NCBI GenBank assembly: GCA_030324005.1
Contig: JARDVH010000121.1
Span: 65,237,835-65,301,834, forward strand
Source of the DNA: Negaprion brevirostris
Lineage: Eukaryota
Direction: 5' to 3'
Length of the DNA: 64,000 bases
Part shown: in pieces, positions 50,961 to 63,930 of the stretch
How the letters are laid out: each line of letters begins with the position of its first letter
Position numbering within the stretch: position 1 is the stretch's first letter
The notes under the pieces: model-generated
Database searches by the model: none
Told to the model about the DNA's origin: nothing
What the model saw: the letters and a program-made list of their open reading frames with translations, nothing else
Made by a program: the position numbers and the translations under genes

Positions 50961-53524
50961 CATGACAAAAGTTTTAAAGCAACTTGTGCTTTGAGAACTG
51001 AATTTAGTATGTTAAGTCAGCAGAAAGTTAAGCCACAGTGCAGTAGTCAACAGAATTCTTCTGTGGCAATTATAGCTGAAGTGTATCTCAACTCCTATAC
51101 AAATGATAAGAGTACAGTACCACCTTGCTTTACAACAGCATTTAAATTTCTACTACCTGAAATGCACAAACAACAGATTTTAAAAAAACGTCCTGGCATA
51201 TGCATTGTATTCTTGTGATCAACATAACTGTCTTGAGATTTTAGATTAAACTTAAATGTGACAAGTAGACTTAATTATCTTTAATTTTTACATTTGTTTT
51301 CATCATTAGAAAGACATCTAGTAGGGTTGCAAAACATGCATCCAAAAAGATGCTTTGGAAGTATAATTGTAATTTAATCCAATTCTTCAACCTCGGGTCT
51401 GGAATTAACATCATCTGAATCTCTGGGCCACATCTCCAAAGCCTTCTCTCTAGCCTCTGCTCACCCCACTAATACAATTTATTAAATATATTTAAATGAA
51501 ACAAAGTATTTACAAAGAGTCTTTGTCAAAATGCTTTATGTAATAGGTAAATTGACACTGAAGCTTCCATTGTGTGTGCTATACCTAGAATACTTGCTGA
51601 ATAGGAATTGCAATACCAAAAATTGGCACAGGAGTAGAAAAGGACTATTTGTTTAAAGGGTCATTTTCCCATTGACTTCATTTGCATAATGCCAATTTTA
51701 TATATTGGGTGTTTCAAAATATCATTTGATTATAATCCTCAACTATAGTGTTCATTAGAGGCCATAAGATTATACTGGAGTCCCAGACCAGGGCAATTAA
51801 ATGCAATCTAGGCAGATAGGTTAGTACACCACCAAGGGGAACACTCTTTTGTAGAAGAGGGTATCTATCAGATGAGAAATCCTAACCAGGCTCCATTGCC
51901 CATTCAGGTGGATGCATGCCATCATGTGCCGAGGATTTCCTGTACTGCCAATATCTGCCTCTTAAATAGCAGATTAATCTTTCATTTACTGTTATCCTTC
52001 AAAACACACAAATGGCCTACTGTATAAACAACAACTGTCCTACCAGCAACATATTTGTTTTTAATCTTTTAGAATGTTTCCAACATTCCACAAATGTGTT
52101 TTTTTTAAAAAACAGAAAGATTGCTGCAGTAATGAAGGTGCCACCACGGGAATAAATGGCTCTCTCTACCTGTTCCAACTGTTCAGGTGAGGGTGAAAGA
52201 TTCCACTGTAAGTTTTGAGGAGATGCAGTATTCATCCAGTTTCTCAATTATTCTTCATCCATGATCAACAAAACAAAAAAAAAAGAGCTGATGATTGATT
52301 TCAATGGTGTTCCTGGGAGTTGCTGTTGGAAAATTACACCTGCCTGAAACTAACTTACTGGGTGAAGCATTTGAGGTAGTTTGTCAAATACTTCTAGTAT
52401 TATTTTTAACCTTTTATTTCTACTGGATATTTCATGCAACTATACATTAACTATAATCTCTTCACTAATTTGGATTATACTAATTAGAAATCATTTAGAT
52501 GCTTCAAGACAGGATAAACAATTGTAACATGGCTTGCATTTAACATGAAACCGGTTCCATTTCCAAATCAACAGGAACGTAATTCTGTTGTCTCATTTCA
52601 CAATCTAATAACCACCTTTAAAATAAAAGGACAACAGTTACGAATGTAGCTACTCGTCTTTGCCCTATTTAGTCAAAGATAGACACCTTTATTTTTAAAA
52701 AATCTTGTGGCTTTTCTTGTACGAAACTCACTCTCACTTACACTCTTTGGTTTCTTAGTTTCACTTCCCTGCACATGTTCATTAAAACAATGTTGACCAT
52801 TAGCAAATATCTCACAAATGCACAGGAGCATTTTTCCTGCTTTTGCAGAATGAAGCAACATTTTTGGGAGTGGTTTCCATGGGGGAACTTCAGCAAGACT
52901 TATCCAACGATTAAAACGTAAAATTCTTTCCCTCAATATTTCTTGCATTAGATTCAAAACCGATTTCAAATGAGCAATTAAGTTAGAAATTTAGAAGAAT
53001 TTAGTGTAAAGATATGTGAACATTTATTGTGGAGTTTTAAGTACATATGCATCAAAAATGCAATATTATTTGCACCATTTAATAGAAAAGCTAGAAAATT
53101 TCACCCAGATACCAGTTAACAAAAACTGACTGATTCTCTGACATGATCAATTCTATGGATATTAATCTTCTTGGTCCTCTGTTGAAGAATTAACAAGTGA
53201 ATTAAACTATATGCCTTGCACAATAACTATTTTAAAAGAAACTGCTGAAATAGAACATGAGCGTTACACGGCAAGTTTTTGCTCATGTTAAAGGTCAAGC
53301 TTCCTCTTGTTCATAGTTGAACTTCAGTCATGCTTTACCTTGGTGACGTTAGTTTTAACACCTAACTAATATAATAGATTAGAACAGCAAATCACAATAT
53401 TCTGACTGAATGCAATCACAAAAATCTTCTTGAATCTAAATATCAAGTCGAATGCCCAGCTGTTTAGCAAATACGTTTTCAGTAGTGCACATATTTTGAT
53501 AAGGAAGCAAAATCAGTAAAAGTC

Positions 53525-53900
53525 CTTCATTTACAATATGCCTTTCACAACTTCAGGGACCAATAAAGCATTTCATTTCTAATGAAGCAACATATAATTG
53601 CTATTGTAATGCAAGGAAATACAGCAGCTAATATGCTGTTTGTGGGACTCTGCTGTGTGCCACAAAATAGCGAGCAGACCACATTTTACTGATTTAGTTG
53701 AGAGGTTGCTAGCCAGGATAACAGGTAATGGATCTTTTACTTCCAAGGAGAAGGCTGAAGAGGCCTCAGTTTAACATCGCATCCAAAAGACAGAATCTTG
53801 AATTGCAGCACTCATCAGTGCTGCATTGAGATTTCAGCCTAGTTTCTGCTGTGGCACTTAAACCCAAAATCTCCAACTCACACTAAGAGTGTACAGAACG
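53525..53900 (-). mobile_element. DeuSINE, degenerate
   Basis: Reverse complement of Deu-domain motifs (GGATCTTTTAC, GGCCTCAGTTTAACATC, TCAGCCTAG). Confidence 0.6.
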
Positions 53901-54049
53901 TATGATGACAAAGTAAACTGAAAACAGGAAAATGGATAGTTAGTTATACACAAGACTGAAATTATGACCAAGTCAGGTTAGATAGCCACTTACTTTGCCC
54001 AAGAGTATACAATTTATACCAAAAATTATTTCAGATTTGCAATCACTCA

Positions 54050-54400
54050 AGATATTGAACACTGCAGCAACTCACCAAGGATCTTTCAATACCACCTTTC
54101 AAGCTAACGACGGACAACAGCACCAGATACAGGGGAACATCACCATCTGATGGTCCCCCCACTCACCATCCTGACTTGGAGCGGACTGTGCAGGTGATAG
54201 GTGTTCGCCTGTATCCTTGCCGTTCCTTCACATTCACTGGGTCAAAATCCTAGAACTCTTCCTAACAGCACTACAGTACTACATTGCGCAGACAGAAGCG
54301 GGTCAAAGCAGTGGCAGTTTACTAATACCTTCTTGGGAGGTAATTTTGGACAAGCAATAATGCTAGCCTAGGCAGAAAAGCCCACATCCCTTGAAAAAAA
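54050..54400 (+). mobile_element. LINE 3' end (family sharing its tail with the 34515-type SINE)
   Basis: CACTGGGTCAAAATCCTAGAACTC...CAATAATGCTAGCC...CCCACATCCCTTGAAAAAAA. Related pieces at about 31520-31860 and 27800-27945. Confidence 0.6.
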
Positions 54401-56769
54401 AACTCAGCAGAATATAACACTTTGGAGATTGGATAGTTGTGCAAGTGAGCACAGTTTTTATTCTGGGATCTGGGTTTAAGTTCAATCCTCAGAGATTGAA
54501 CTGGAACCCACTTGGCCACAAGAATTTAAATTAAGACACTTTGGCCAATCTCAATCTAGCTCTCATGAGAAACCAATGATATAAATGTCCAGTGGCTTAA
54601 CTTTTGTAAAATTATTAATCCATCTTGTATATTTATACACTAATCGACATTAAAAAAAGTCACTGCCCCAGCAGTGGCACCCATTCCAACAGAGGAGTCA
54701 TGAAGTTAGAATAAACCTATTATAGAATATAGAAGTGCTATTATTTTGAAACAGAGGTTAAAGACATTCAATAACGAGGTTAATGATGCATTACCTTCTC
54801 GAAAGATAAAAGTCCCTTTAGCTGATGCCATGAAATTTATAACATTATACCTCAACCTATAATCACACACTCAGGATGGCTTCCCCTCACTTGTTCATTT
54901 CCTCAGGTTAAGTGTGCAAGGGAAAGTCCCTTAGGAAGCTTGGAAAGCAATTAAAATCCCCAATACTGATAAAGACAGCAAAAGATCATGCTGAGGTCAT
55001 ATTTACATGTTTTCAGTTATTAAAAAGATTAACTACAACATAAATAGAACTGGTGGGCAAACAGTCAGTTCCATGCATGCTCCATGTTGAAAGTAACGAG
55101 AGGTCAAAGAGAAATCTTTCATTAGGCCTGCTTTAATTCAAATTTAAAGCATACTTTTGAGTTTATAATTAAGAACACAATGGGCATTAATCCTACTTCT
55201 TAAAACACAAGTTCTCAGTAACGATACCACTTGATCTTTGTGGAAATCCAAGGAAATGTTCTGCATGTTAAGGTAAAACAAATGTGTTAGATTTGTGCTT
55301 GCAGTCTTCAAATATAACGTTTAATACATAGATGTGGAATTATAAATAGCCAATTATGATATTTTTAATATCAACGGTCTTCATACAAATCTCAATGTCA
55401 AGGATTGACAATACAAAACATAAATGAATGTTGAAAGGCCTATTTTGAAGACATGAATTAATTTTATGGCAACAAAACTAGCGGTCCAATATGTTACTGC
55501 CTGATGCACTGGCAATGATGTTATAGGCCACGATTTCATGGCACACAAATCTCACAAATGATGAATTCCAATTTCCAATACACTAGCTGAGGAAGGTGCC
55601 AAGCATGTGAAGAATATCTGTCAGAAGCTCAGTCACCATGTTCACACTCCACCCCCAAAGAATTTGGTCGGTCCTTAACTCTAGCCTGTTGTAATTCCTC
55701 ATGATCCGTGACTATGGACTGTGTTAAGCCCAATGCGTCAGAGTTCCTTCCCAAAATCTCTCCGACTCTGTTTTGGGACCAACTTTAGAAACAAACTTTT
55801 AGTTAGCCCTCTCAACAACATGCATTAACTCATCATTTTTGGCCAATGATGCTTAAATGGGACTCTTTTCTGTTAAATGTACCATGAAAATTTAAGTTTG
55901 TTGAAGCTTGGACACTTTTTAACCACATGCTAATTTCCAATCTACAAAGTAATCAATGTGTTGGGGGCGAGATACTCTTCATTCAACTACTTCAGTGCAA
56001 TTGTTCCATCTGTAAAAGATGAACCTTTATACCTTGATCAACTTTCTGAAAGAAGAAATCTGCTTATAGTTTTATTGAACAGATTTGAATTACTTTTTAT
56101 GAAGTTGTTCCCTCAATATTCAAAATTTGATTTCCACCATCTTCTCTAAATTGATCATAGTAACTTGCAGACAACAACGTAGAGGGTTTTGCAAAAAGNN
56201 NNNNNNNNNNNNNNNNNNNNNNNNNNNNNNNNNNNNNNNNNNNNNNNNNNNNNNNNNNNNNNNNNNNNNNNNNNNNNNNNNNNNNNNNNNNNNNNNNNAG
56301 TAACTTGCAGACAACAAAGTAGAGGGTTTTGCAAAAAGCATAGAGAATAAGACTTCAAGCAGACACCTGAGCAGAATGGGCCAAATAGTGGCAAACATAA
56401 TTCAATTTTCAGAATCATGTATTTAAAAGAATAACGACGTAAGACCTAAATTACTTGTTAGACGAATCTAGAGCAGGTAAGAGACATTCGTGTTGATGTG
56501 AGACTTGAGTCAAGCATAGGCCAAGCAATGGTAGCAGGTTTGTAAATGGCATCAATGTATCTGTTTTATTGTTATGACACTCCCACAGTCTGTGTCCTTT
56601 ATTGATCCTAGATATTAAAAATGTCATAAACTGAAGTTCTCAATTTGCCGGAAGGATCTGAATGTTCTCAGGATTATTACTTCAGGTCTCTGGATTACTA
56701 GTCCATAAAATAACCACTACACTATCTCACTTGTACTACCAATGCTACATTTTAAGACGACAAACAAGG

Positions 56770-57270
56770 AATGGGAATATAAAGACAATCGAATAATGCA
56801 GATGAGTGAGGAGGATCTTAGACACATTTGGGTGAAAGTTGATAAAGCATTAAAATGATTTTTTGGTTTATAGATAGGGTTTAGAGGTTGTCTTAAACTT
56901 GTATTAAATTAATGGTTAGCCAGAGTACAGTAGTGTTCATTACAGATAGAACATTAAAATTATTCTGCACAGTCACCAGAACGATACAAGGGTTGAGAAC
57001 CTATCAGAATAGACTTGATATAGAACTATATTTACTACTAATTATGGTTAAGAGCCAATTTTACCTAGTTTCCTTTAAAATTATGGATTTTGATAGTTTG
57101 AGAAAGACTTGATTAAACTGGGAGAAAAATCAGTGGTGATCCATGCCACTGCCAAAGTGATGAGAGATTGAGAGAAAAATTTTATGCAGAGTTGATGGAA
57201 TGTAGAATGATGCATCCATGAATGGTTGAGACATACACAAAGTTGGGAAAAGTAGATAAATATCTGAATC
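56770..57270 (+). mobile_element. Highly degenerate CR1 3' fragment
   Basis: TTTTATGCAGAGTTGATGGAATGTAGAATG and related CR1 3' motifs. Confidence 0.45.
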
Positions 57271-57467
57271 AAAAGTAACTTGCATTAACACTGCACCTTT
57301 AACATAGTAAGACATCCCAAGGCATTTTGCAGGCTCACTATCAAACAAAATTTAGCACTGAGACACGCAAGGAGATTTCAGGAGAAATAATCAAAAATTT
57401 TGTCAAAAAGGTGGATATGCAGAAGCATCCAAAAAGTGGAGATTTAGGGAGGGAATTCCAGATCTTC

Positions 57468-57793
57468 AGGCAGCATGGAGGCACAGTAGTTAGCACTGCT
57501 ATCTCACAGCACCAGGGACCCAGTTTGATTCCCAGCTTGGGTCACCATCTGTGTGAAGTTTGCATGTTCTCCCCATGTCTGCGTGGGTTCCCTCCAGGTG
57601 CTCTGGTTCCCTCCCACAATACAAAAATGTGCAGGTTAGGTGCATTGGCCATGCTGAATTGTCCCTTGGTGTCAGGGAGACTAGCAGGGTAAATCCATTG
57701 GGTTATTGGGATACGGCCTGGGTGGGATTGTGGTCGGCGCAGACCTGGTGATCTGAATGGCGTCCTTCTGCACTGTAGGGATTCTATGATTCT
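57468..57793 (+). mobile_element. HE1 SINE (HER1-like tail)
   Basis: Full head and core, with tail TTCTGCACTGTAGGGATTCTATGATTCT. Confidence 0.85.
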
Positions 57794-58185
57794 AAAGGCT
57801 CAGCAGTTGTAAGCATGGGTGCCAATGACACGGTGATTAAAGCTGAGGCTAGAATTGGGAAGCCGAGGTATCAAAGGAAAATACAGATTGTAAGGCGCAA
57901 ATGGTGCAATGAGATTTGCTTCAGTTTGATCGAGCAAAAACCTTGCAGACGCACGTTGGGCTGAATGATGTTCTAAGGGAATTCCAGGTTCTAATTTATA
58001 TCTATATTCTACTCCTGCATAATGGGAAGCCTATGTGATCCATTACAAATTATTTTCTTGGTAGACCACAAAACTTTATAGTAGTGTAACATTTTCCATT
58101 AATATTCAGTAAAAAGTAACTGAGAAGGCCTTCCAAAAGTTCTAATTTTGGTCTTTTGCCCTAAGATGTTTCAGAGAGGGAAGCA

Positions 58186-58455
58186 GGGACAGAATGGTGG
58201 CACAGTGGTTAGCACTACTGCTTCAGAACCTGGGTTTGATTCCCAGCTTGGGTCACTGTCTGCATGGAGTTTGCACTTTCTCCCCACGTCTGCGTGGCTT
58301 TCCTCTAGGTTCTCCAGTTTCCTTCCACATTCTGAAAGATGTGCTGTAGGTGCGTTGACCCGAACAGATGCGGGACAGTGGTGACTAAGGAAATTTCATA
58401 GTAACGTTATTGTAGTATTAATGTAAATTTGTGACCAATAAATAAATAAACTAAA
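58186..58455 (+). mobile_element. HE1-type V-SINE (tail type B)
   Basis: Same head, core and tail as 3095-3365. Confidence 0.8.
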
Positions 58456-59814
58456 TAATAGGCACAATTCACAAGTGCATGTTTCAANNNNNNNNNNNNN
58501 NNNNNNNNNNNNNNNNNNNNGAATCAGGATTTTTTTTTAAAGCAGCTAGCTCAAGTCCAGCATTAGAAATTGCCTGGGTCATCTCTATTCTATCTTAAGT
58601 TCTTGCCAAGGTGAAAGACGGTAGCCGCAATACAAAAAATTAAGTGTGGAAAATGGTAGAGTCTTTTCATGTTTTGATTGTGTAGAAAATTGCATTTAAA
58701 CCACAATTACTTCAATTTGATTATGTTTACCTACTCCCTTGGAAACAAACTTTTAGTCTCAAGTAAATGGGTTCAAAAACTTCAGTGTGTTCCATTTTAT
58801 TCAATTCTCAAATATATGTAGTAGAAAGGTTCAAAAGGAATGAAAGCAAGATAAAAATTTGTTATAACTTTTAATAGTTAACTGTTACCAGAACATATTT
58901 AATCAAATTCAAAGTTGCATGTAAATGCTTGGAGAAACACGAATGTATCTGAAAGTGACTCATTTGCCAAGTTCTCTGAATAAGGTGGAAGCAGAGTTGA
59001 GAAATCCTGTAACACTGCACTGTTCTTCTTTCTGGGAGAATGCAACTGCTTTTCCTTCCTGTAGCACATCTGTAAACTTGCACAATTTTGACCAGCTTGT
59101 GCTCTAATTAATGGACAAATACCTATCTAAAAATTAAAACACTACCGAATTACGTATGTAACAATTAATTATACCAGTAATACACAGCAAAGGAAATTTG
59201 CCATAGCAATCTTTCAAATTCTCCAGCCTTACAAAGACGAAGATGGATTTCTCTACAACGGACACATTTCTAAATGCAACGCATTATCCCATTTGAAAAT
59301 TAACTTTTCATTGTTACTTTTCAACTACTGAGAGTAATGTGTACTTTATAACACTGATGTCAATTTTGTTCTTTTTGGTGCTCTGATAGGACTCCTGGAG
59401 CGCTCATTTTATAATTTACAGAAAACATTCTTTTTATTTAAAAACTAAGTTATTCCACCCTCATCATCACTCTGAATCTCAATTTACGTGCAACAGCAAA
59501 TTCAACTGATCAAATGAAGATGGTGATATAAGAGATATAACTGTAGACTTTTTGGAAGTTCAAAACTAAAATGTGTGAATCTTTCTCAGTTCCATCCTGA
59601 ACTGTGGCATCTTGCTTACCCCACATCATCCTGTTGTCGTCTTAAAAGTTCTGGATCGTCTAGGACATTCACCTCGCTTTGATAGATGCCAACATTGCTC
59701 TTCAATTGGCTGACATGATATGAAGATCTGTGACAACTCGTCTCACTCCCATGCAGTTGCTTCCATGCACTCCCGCCCTGCCACGCCCAAAGCTAGAACC
59801 TTCATTAATGCATG

Positions 59815-60052
59815 ATGTGTTAGTTGAATAGCTCAGTTGGTTGGATGACTGTGATGCAGAGTGACACCAACAGCATTGGTTTAATTCCCATACTGGCCGA
59901 TCTAATTCCTAACATTGCCCCTCGCCTGAGGTGTGGTGATGCCCCTCGCCTGAGGTGTGGTGATCCTCAGATTAAAATCACCACCAGTCACCTCTCCCCC
60001 TCCAAGGGGAGAGTAGCCTGTGGTCATCTGGGACTATGGTGCCTTTACCTTT
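59815..60052 (+). mobile_element. tRNA-derived SINE with an internal 24-bp tandem duplication
   Basis: A-box-like TAGCTCAGTTGG and B-box-like GGTTTAATTCCC. TGCCCCTCGCCTGAGGTGTGGTGA occurs twice. Confidence 0.6.
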
Positions 60053-60840
60053 TACGTAAAACTGGTGAAGCTCACAAGAAACTCACAAGTACTAGATTTT
60101 ATAGCAGTAACTAAGCAGCTGAGATACTGATCTCATGTCATTTCTTCATTTTGTCAGCCAAAAGATATTGATCCTTAACCCGGTTTTAATGACATTTGAT
60201 ATTTGTGTTAGAAAATATGCTCAGTCTCCAATATACTTGAGTGTTGCAGAATGGCAATAACCTTGCCAATATTATTAAAATCGACATTAGTAGTGAATAA
60301 GAAAATATTGAAATTAAAATTGAGGACATTTGCCATCAATGCTTCATTGAAATTGCGCAGTTGTGTAGAAACCCATAAGTTCCCATGTGTCTGTACAGGA
60401 GCTAAGTCCTTTAAACTATTACATGTGCAAGGCCACATTAAAAAAAAAGGGATTGCGCATTTAAACAAATTGTCCATGCAATCCTGGGATAAAAATTAGG
60501 GGGGAAACTTAATCAGGCTTATTTTTGAATTGTCAAATGGCAATCAGGAACTGCGTAAAAGGTCCAGCTGTAACACTTGAATACTCTCACCACTGAGTAT
60601 TAGAGTGAATAACAATATTTTCATAAGCAATGAAGCACCCACTTTCCCATAATAGTTTCTTGTGCCAGATACCCGAAGTTTTAACAGCACTCCATGGATA
60701 ATATACAGTGCATAAAGATAATTAGATTTTCAACTTTTAACTCCTCTTATCAGGTTAGTTTAACAAGACTATCATCTTACCTGTGCCTATTAACTGAAGA
60801 AGCAGCAGCTCAAAGCAACAGAAATAAATTTTATAATATA

Positions 60841-61873
60841 TGATGTGGAGATGCTGGCGTTGAACTGGGGTAAGAAGTCTCACGGCACCCGGTTAAAGTC
60901 CAACAGGTTTACTTGATAGCATGAGCTTTCGAAGCACTGCTCGTTCATCAACACAGGACCCTTTGTCGTCCAGTACTTCCCTGGAGTGGGTAAGCTACGA
61001 CATCTTCTCTTAAGTCTTCAATATGTCATCGACGAAGACAAACATTTGTCAAGAATGTCCCCACACCCCCACTACTTGCCTTCAAAGAACTGTGCAACCT
61101 CAAACAGACCACTGTATGCAGCAAACTACCCAGCTTTCAGGAAAACAGTGACCATGACAACCGCACAACTCTGCCACAGCAATCAGGGCCTGTGCCAATC
61201 GTCGACACAGATGCCATCATCTCATGTGAGAACACCATCCACCAGGTACAAGGTACATACTCTTGCGACTCGGCCAATGTTGTCTACCCTGAAACGCTGC
61301 AGGAAAGGATGTCTCAAGGCATGGTACATTAGTGAGACCNNNNNNNNNNNNNNNNNNNNNNNNNNTGGACACCACTCGACAATCACCAGGCAGGAGTGTT
61401 CCCTTCCTGTTAGGGAATACTTCAGCAGTCAAGTGAATTCAGCCGTTGGTCTTCAGGTAAGCATTCTCCAAGACGGCCTTCAAGACACACAATGCAGAAT
61501 TGCCGAGCAAAAATTGATAGCCAAGTTCCACAAACATGGGGATGGCTTCAACCAGGATCTTGGGTTCATGTCACACTATGTGTAACCCCCATGACTTGCC
61601 TGGACTTACAAAGTTTCACTAACTGTCCTGGCTTGAGACAATTCACACTCTAACCTGTGATTAAACCTCTCTGCATTCGCATTGTCTGTACCTGTAAAAG
61701 CTTGATTACCTGTTAAGACTCACATTCCATCCATTATCTTGTAACAGAGTTTGTCTCTATATATGTCCTGTTGAATCCAATTCTCATTCACCTGAAGAAG
61801 GAGCAGTGCTTTGAAAGCTCGTGCTTCCAAATAAACCTGTTGGACTTTAACCTGGTGTTGTGAGACTTCTTAC
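60841..61873 (+). mobile_element. Penelope-like element, 5'-truncated: GIY-YIG endonuclease remnant with inverted pseudo-LTR copy
   Basis: ORF 60986-61585 includes RCRKGCLKAWYISET...HHSTI...PVREYFSS...IAEQKLIAKF...GFNQDLGF, typical of a PLE GIY-YIG C-terminus. 60869-60950 is the inverted copy of about 61793-61873. TTTATAAT occurs at both flanks. Confidence 0.85.
61788..61823 (+). ncRNA. Minimal type I hammerhead ribozyme motif in the PLE terminal repeat
   Basis: CAC-CTGAAGA-A-GGAGC agt GCTTT-GAAA-GCTC|GTG. This gives the CUGANGA box, stem II, GAAA, a palindromic AGCT stem III and a CAC/GTG stem I. Confidence 0.7.
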
Positions 61874-62044
61874 TTTATAATGTAAATTAGCCTCGAGTTT
61901 CTGATGAATAGCCTATTCTTCTGCAGCCTTGTGAAGATCAACATGAACAGGAACGGTACTTCCGGCTCCTTAAGTGGTGAATAACCTCCATTTAGGGGCA
62001 CTAATGTACATTACTAACAGTTTTTCGCTAGCTACAGATAACTA

Positions 62045-62279
62045 CAGGGTGGAATACCCAAAATTCAACAGTCCCAAAACCAGACATCTTTGAAATGGTC
62101 TAGTTCCAGAGTGAGTTTTAGATTTAGGGATTGTATCAGTTTCAGGGTGTGTAGTACTGTTTTATTTCAGGGACTTTATTATATTCATTTCGGGCATTAT
62201 ACAAGTTGGATGTCCAAAATCCACGAAAATCCACCATGGTCTCAGTCCCGAGGGTGCCGGATTTTGGACACCATACCTG
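62045..62279. mobile_element. Tc1/mariner-Tigger-type MITE
   Basis: TA-CAGG...CCCAAAATTC at the left end is an imperfect inverse of GGATTTTGGACACCATACCTG at the right end. Non-coding. Confidence 0.55.
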
Positions 62280-63699
62280 CAGTTCAGCAGAGACAGAAAC
62301 TTAAAAATTCCTTCTAAACTTGTACACATTTAAGTTGTATCCCTCCTTAAGTCACATTATATCATCCCATTGATTTTCAAGTGCTAAATTCAAAGTACCA
62401 ATATGTTATTAGACAGTATTAAACTACATTTAGAGGTAGACACAGAGATACACACACTTAAGAATTTTATCCTATCATAAATATCTAATCCCAAACTTAT
62501 GACAAAAAAAGCATCAGTGGCCTCCTCATTCTGCAATTATACACAAGTCCCCCCACAAATCCCTTGCTCCACAGATATACTGCAGCACCACCACTGGTGG
62601 GCAAGAGAGGGCTGCAGTCATAATAGTTGTTTGCATGTTCGCATATCCGTTTTTCTCCACAGTTCTCATGCCATGAAAAATTATGCCATCAGTCCAGCAA
62701 AGGCCATAGCAGTCTACATCAGGATAGCATGGTGATCGAATGTCTTGGCCAGCTGGGATGCTCAGCAGCCAAGTATAACTGTTTCTAGTAGCCAGATCAA
62801 GACTGGTATTCAGCAGACTTAAAAGCTTTTCATTAAATAATTTACTGACCTGTTAGTTGGCAGCTTCACCTTATAATTCTTAAATCTCAGTTGCTAAAAA
62901 TGTNNNNNNNNNNNNNNNNNNNNNNNNNNNNNNNNNNNNNNNNNNNNNNNNNNNNNNNNNNNNNNNNNNNNNNNNNNNNNNNNNNNNNNNNNNNNNNNNN
63001 NNNCTCAGTTGCTAAAAATGTGTTTTCTCCCATCATTCTGCGAAGCTGTGCAAATAAATTACTCTTTGGATTCTGAGAAGCTGTGCTCTATTCAGCCTCA
63101 GTTCATTCTCAACATTCAACAATCAATATTATTGTAGTGCAGTTAACACATTATTGCAAAGGGATTTACAGACTCAATCATTCACCAACACTTAAAACTT
63201 TAGAAATGCCTAGCCATACCCGTGAACTCTCAGTACAAACCTGTCTGGTCTAATCCAAAGGGTAATTAATAAAGATTGTGGAACCTCAGTAGATAAGCAC
63301 ACAATGATGGGGGTTGCATAGGTGTTGGTTGACCAAAATAACGCAGGAGATAGAACAAAAGCTTTCAGGTGATGTCTAAGGTTTCTCTTGAGAAGACACT
63401 AACCATAGCCATACTACTCCCTCTGAAGACAAATGAGGGAAAAATCAGAGGATGTAAACCACACAGTTTTCATAAAACTCTTGCTTTGACAGGGACCTGT
63501 AAGCAGATTTCCTACTTGGTCTTTTGGTTAGGTAATAGTGTAATTTACTGCAGAAATTACTGAAGAGAAATTATTCAGATGGTGTTGAAGGGAGCGGATT
63601 AAATATAAAATGAAGACATGAACCAATAATAAAAACTAAGGAATGCATACAGGTCACTCAAATTTACCAATTCTTCAAGGACATAGAAACAACAATGCC

Positions 63700-63930
63700 T
63701 TGCTAGATGGAAATGATAATAGAAAATGCTGGAAATACTGAACAGGTCAGGCAGCACTGCAGAGAGAGAAACACAATGTTTCAGGTCTATGATTTTTCAT
63801 CAGAGTTGTCATGCTACAGTCACAGAGTTGAAATGTTAACTGTTTCTCTCTCCACAGATTTTGCTTCACTTGAGTGTTTCCAGCATTTTTTGTTATTTCA
63901 GAGTTCCAACATTCATAATGTTTTGCTTTT
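63700..63930. mobile_element. Palindromic Penelope-derived element (two inverted pLTR-like arms)
   Basis: AAAATGCTGGAAATACT...GAGAGAGAAAC is inverted against GTTTCTCTCTC...AGTGTTTCCAGCATTTT. The minus strand at 63803-63778 reads CTGATGA-AAAATCATAGACCT-GAAAC, a degenerate hammerhead core. Confidence 0.65.

Noticed and set aside
52165-52250. Possible cryptic minus-strand exon ending CAG|GTAGAG
   Set aside because: Poor acceptor context and no similarity to DIDO1.
56159-56338. About 40-bp direct repeat either side of a gap, superficially like a CRISPR repeat or tandem array
   Set aside because: Only two copies, differing by one base and abutting a 100-N gap. Most likely a haplotype or contig overlap artefact, and the context is eukaryotic.
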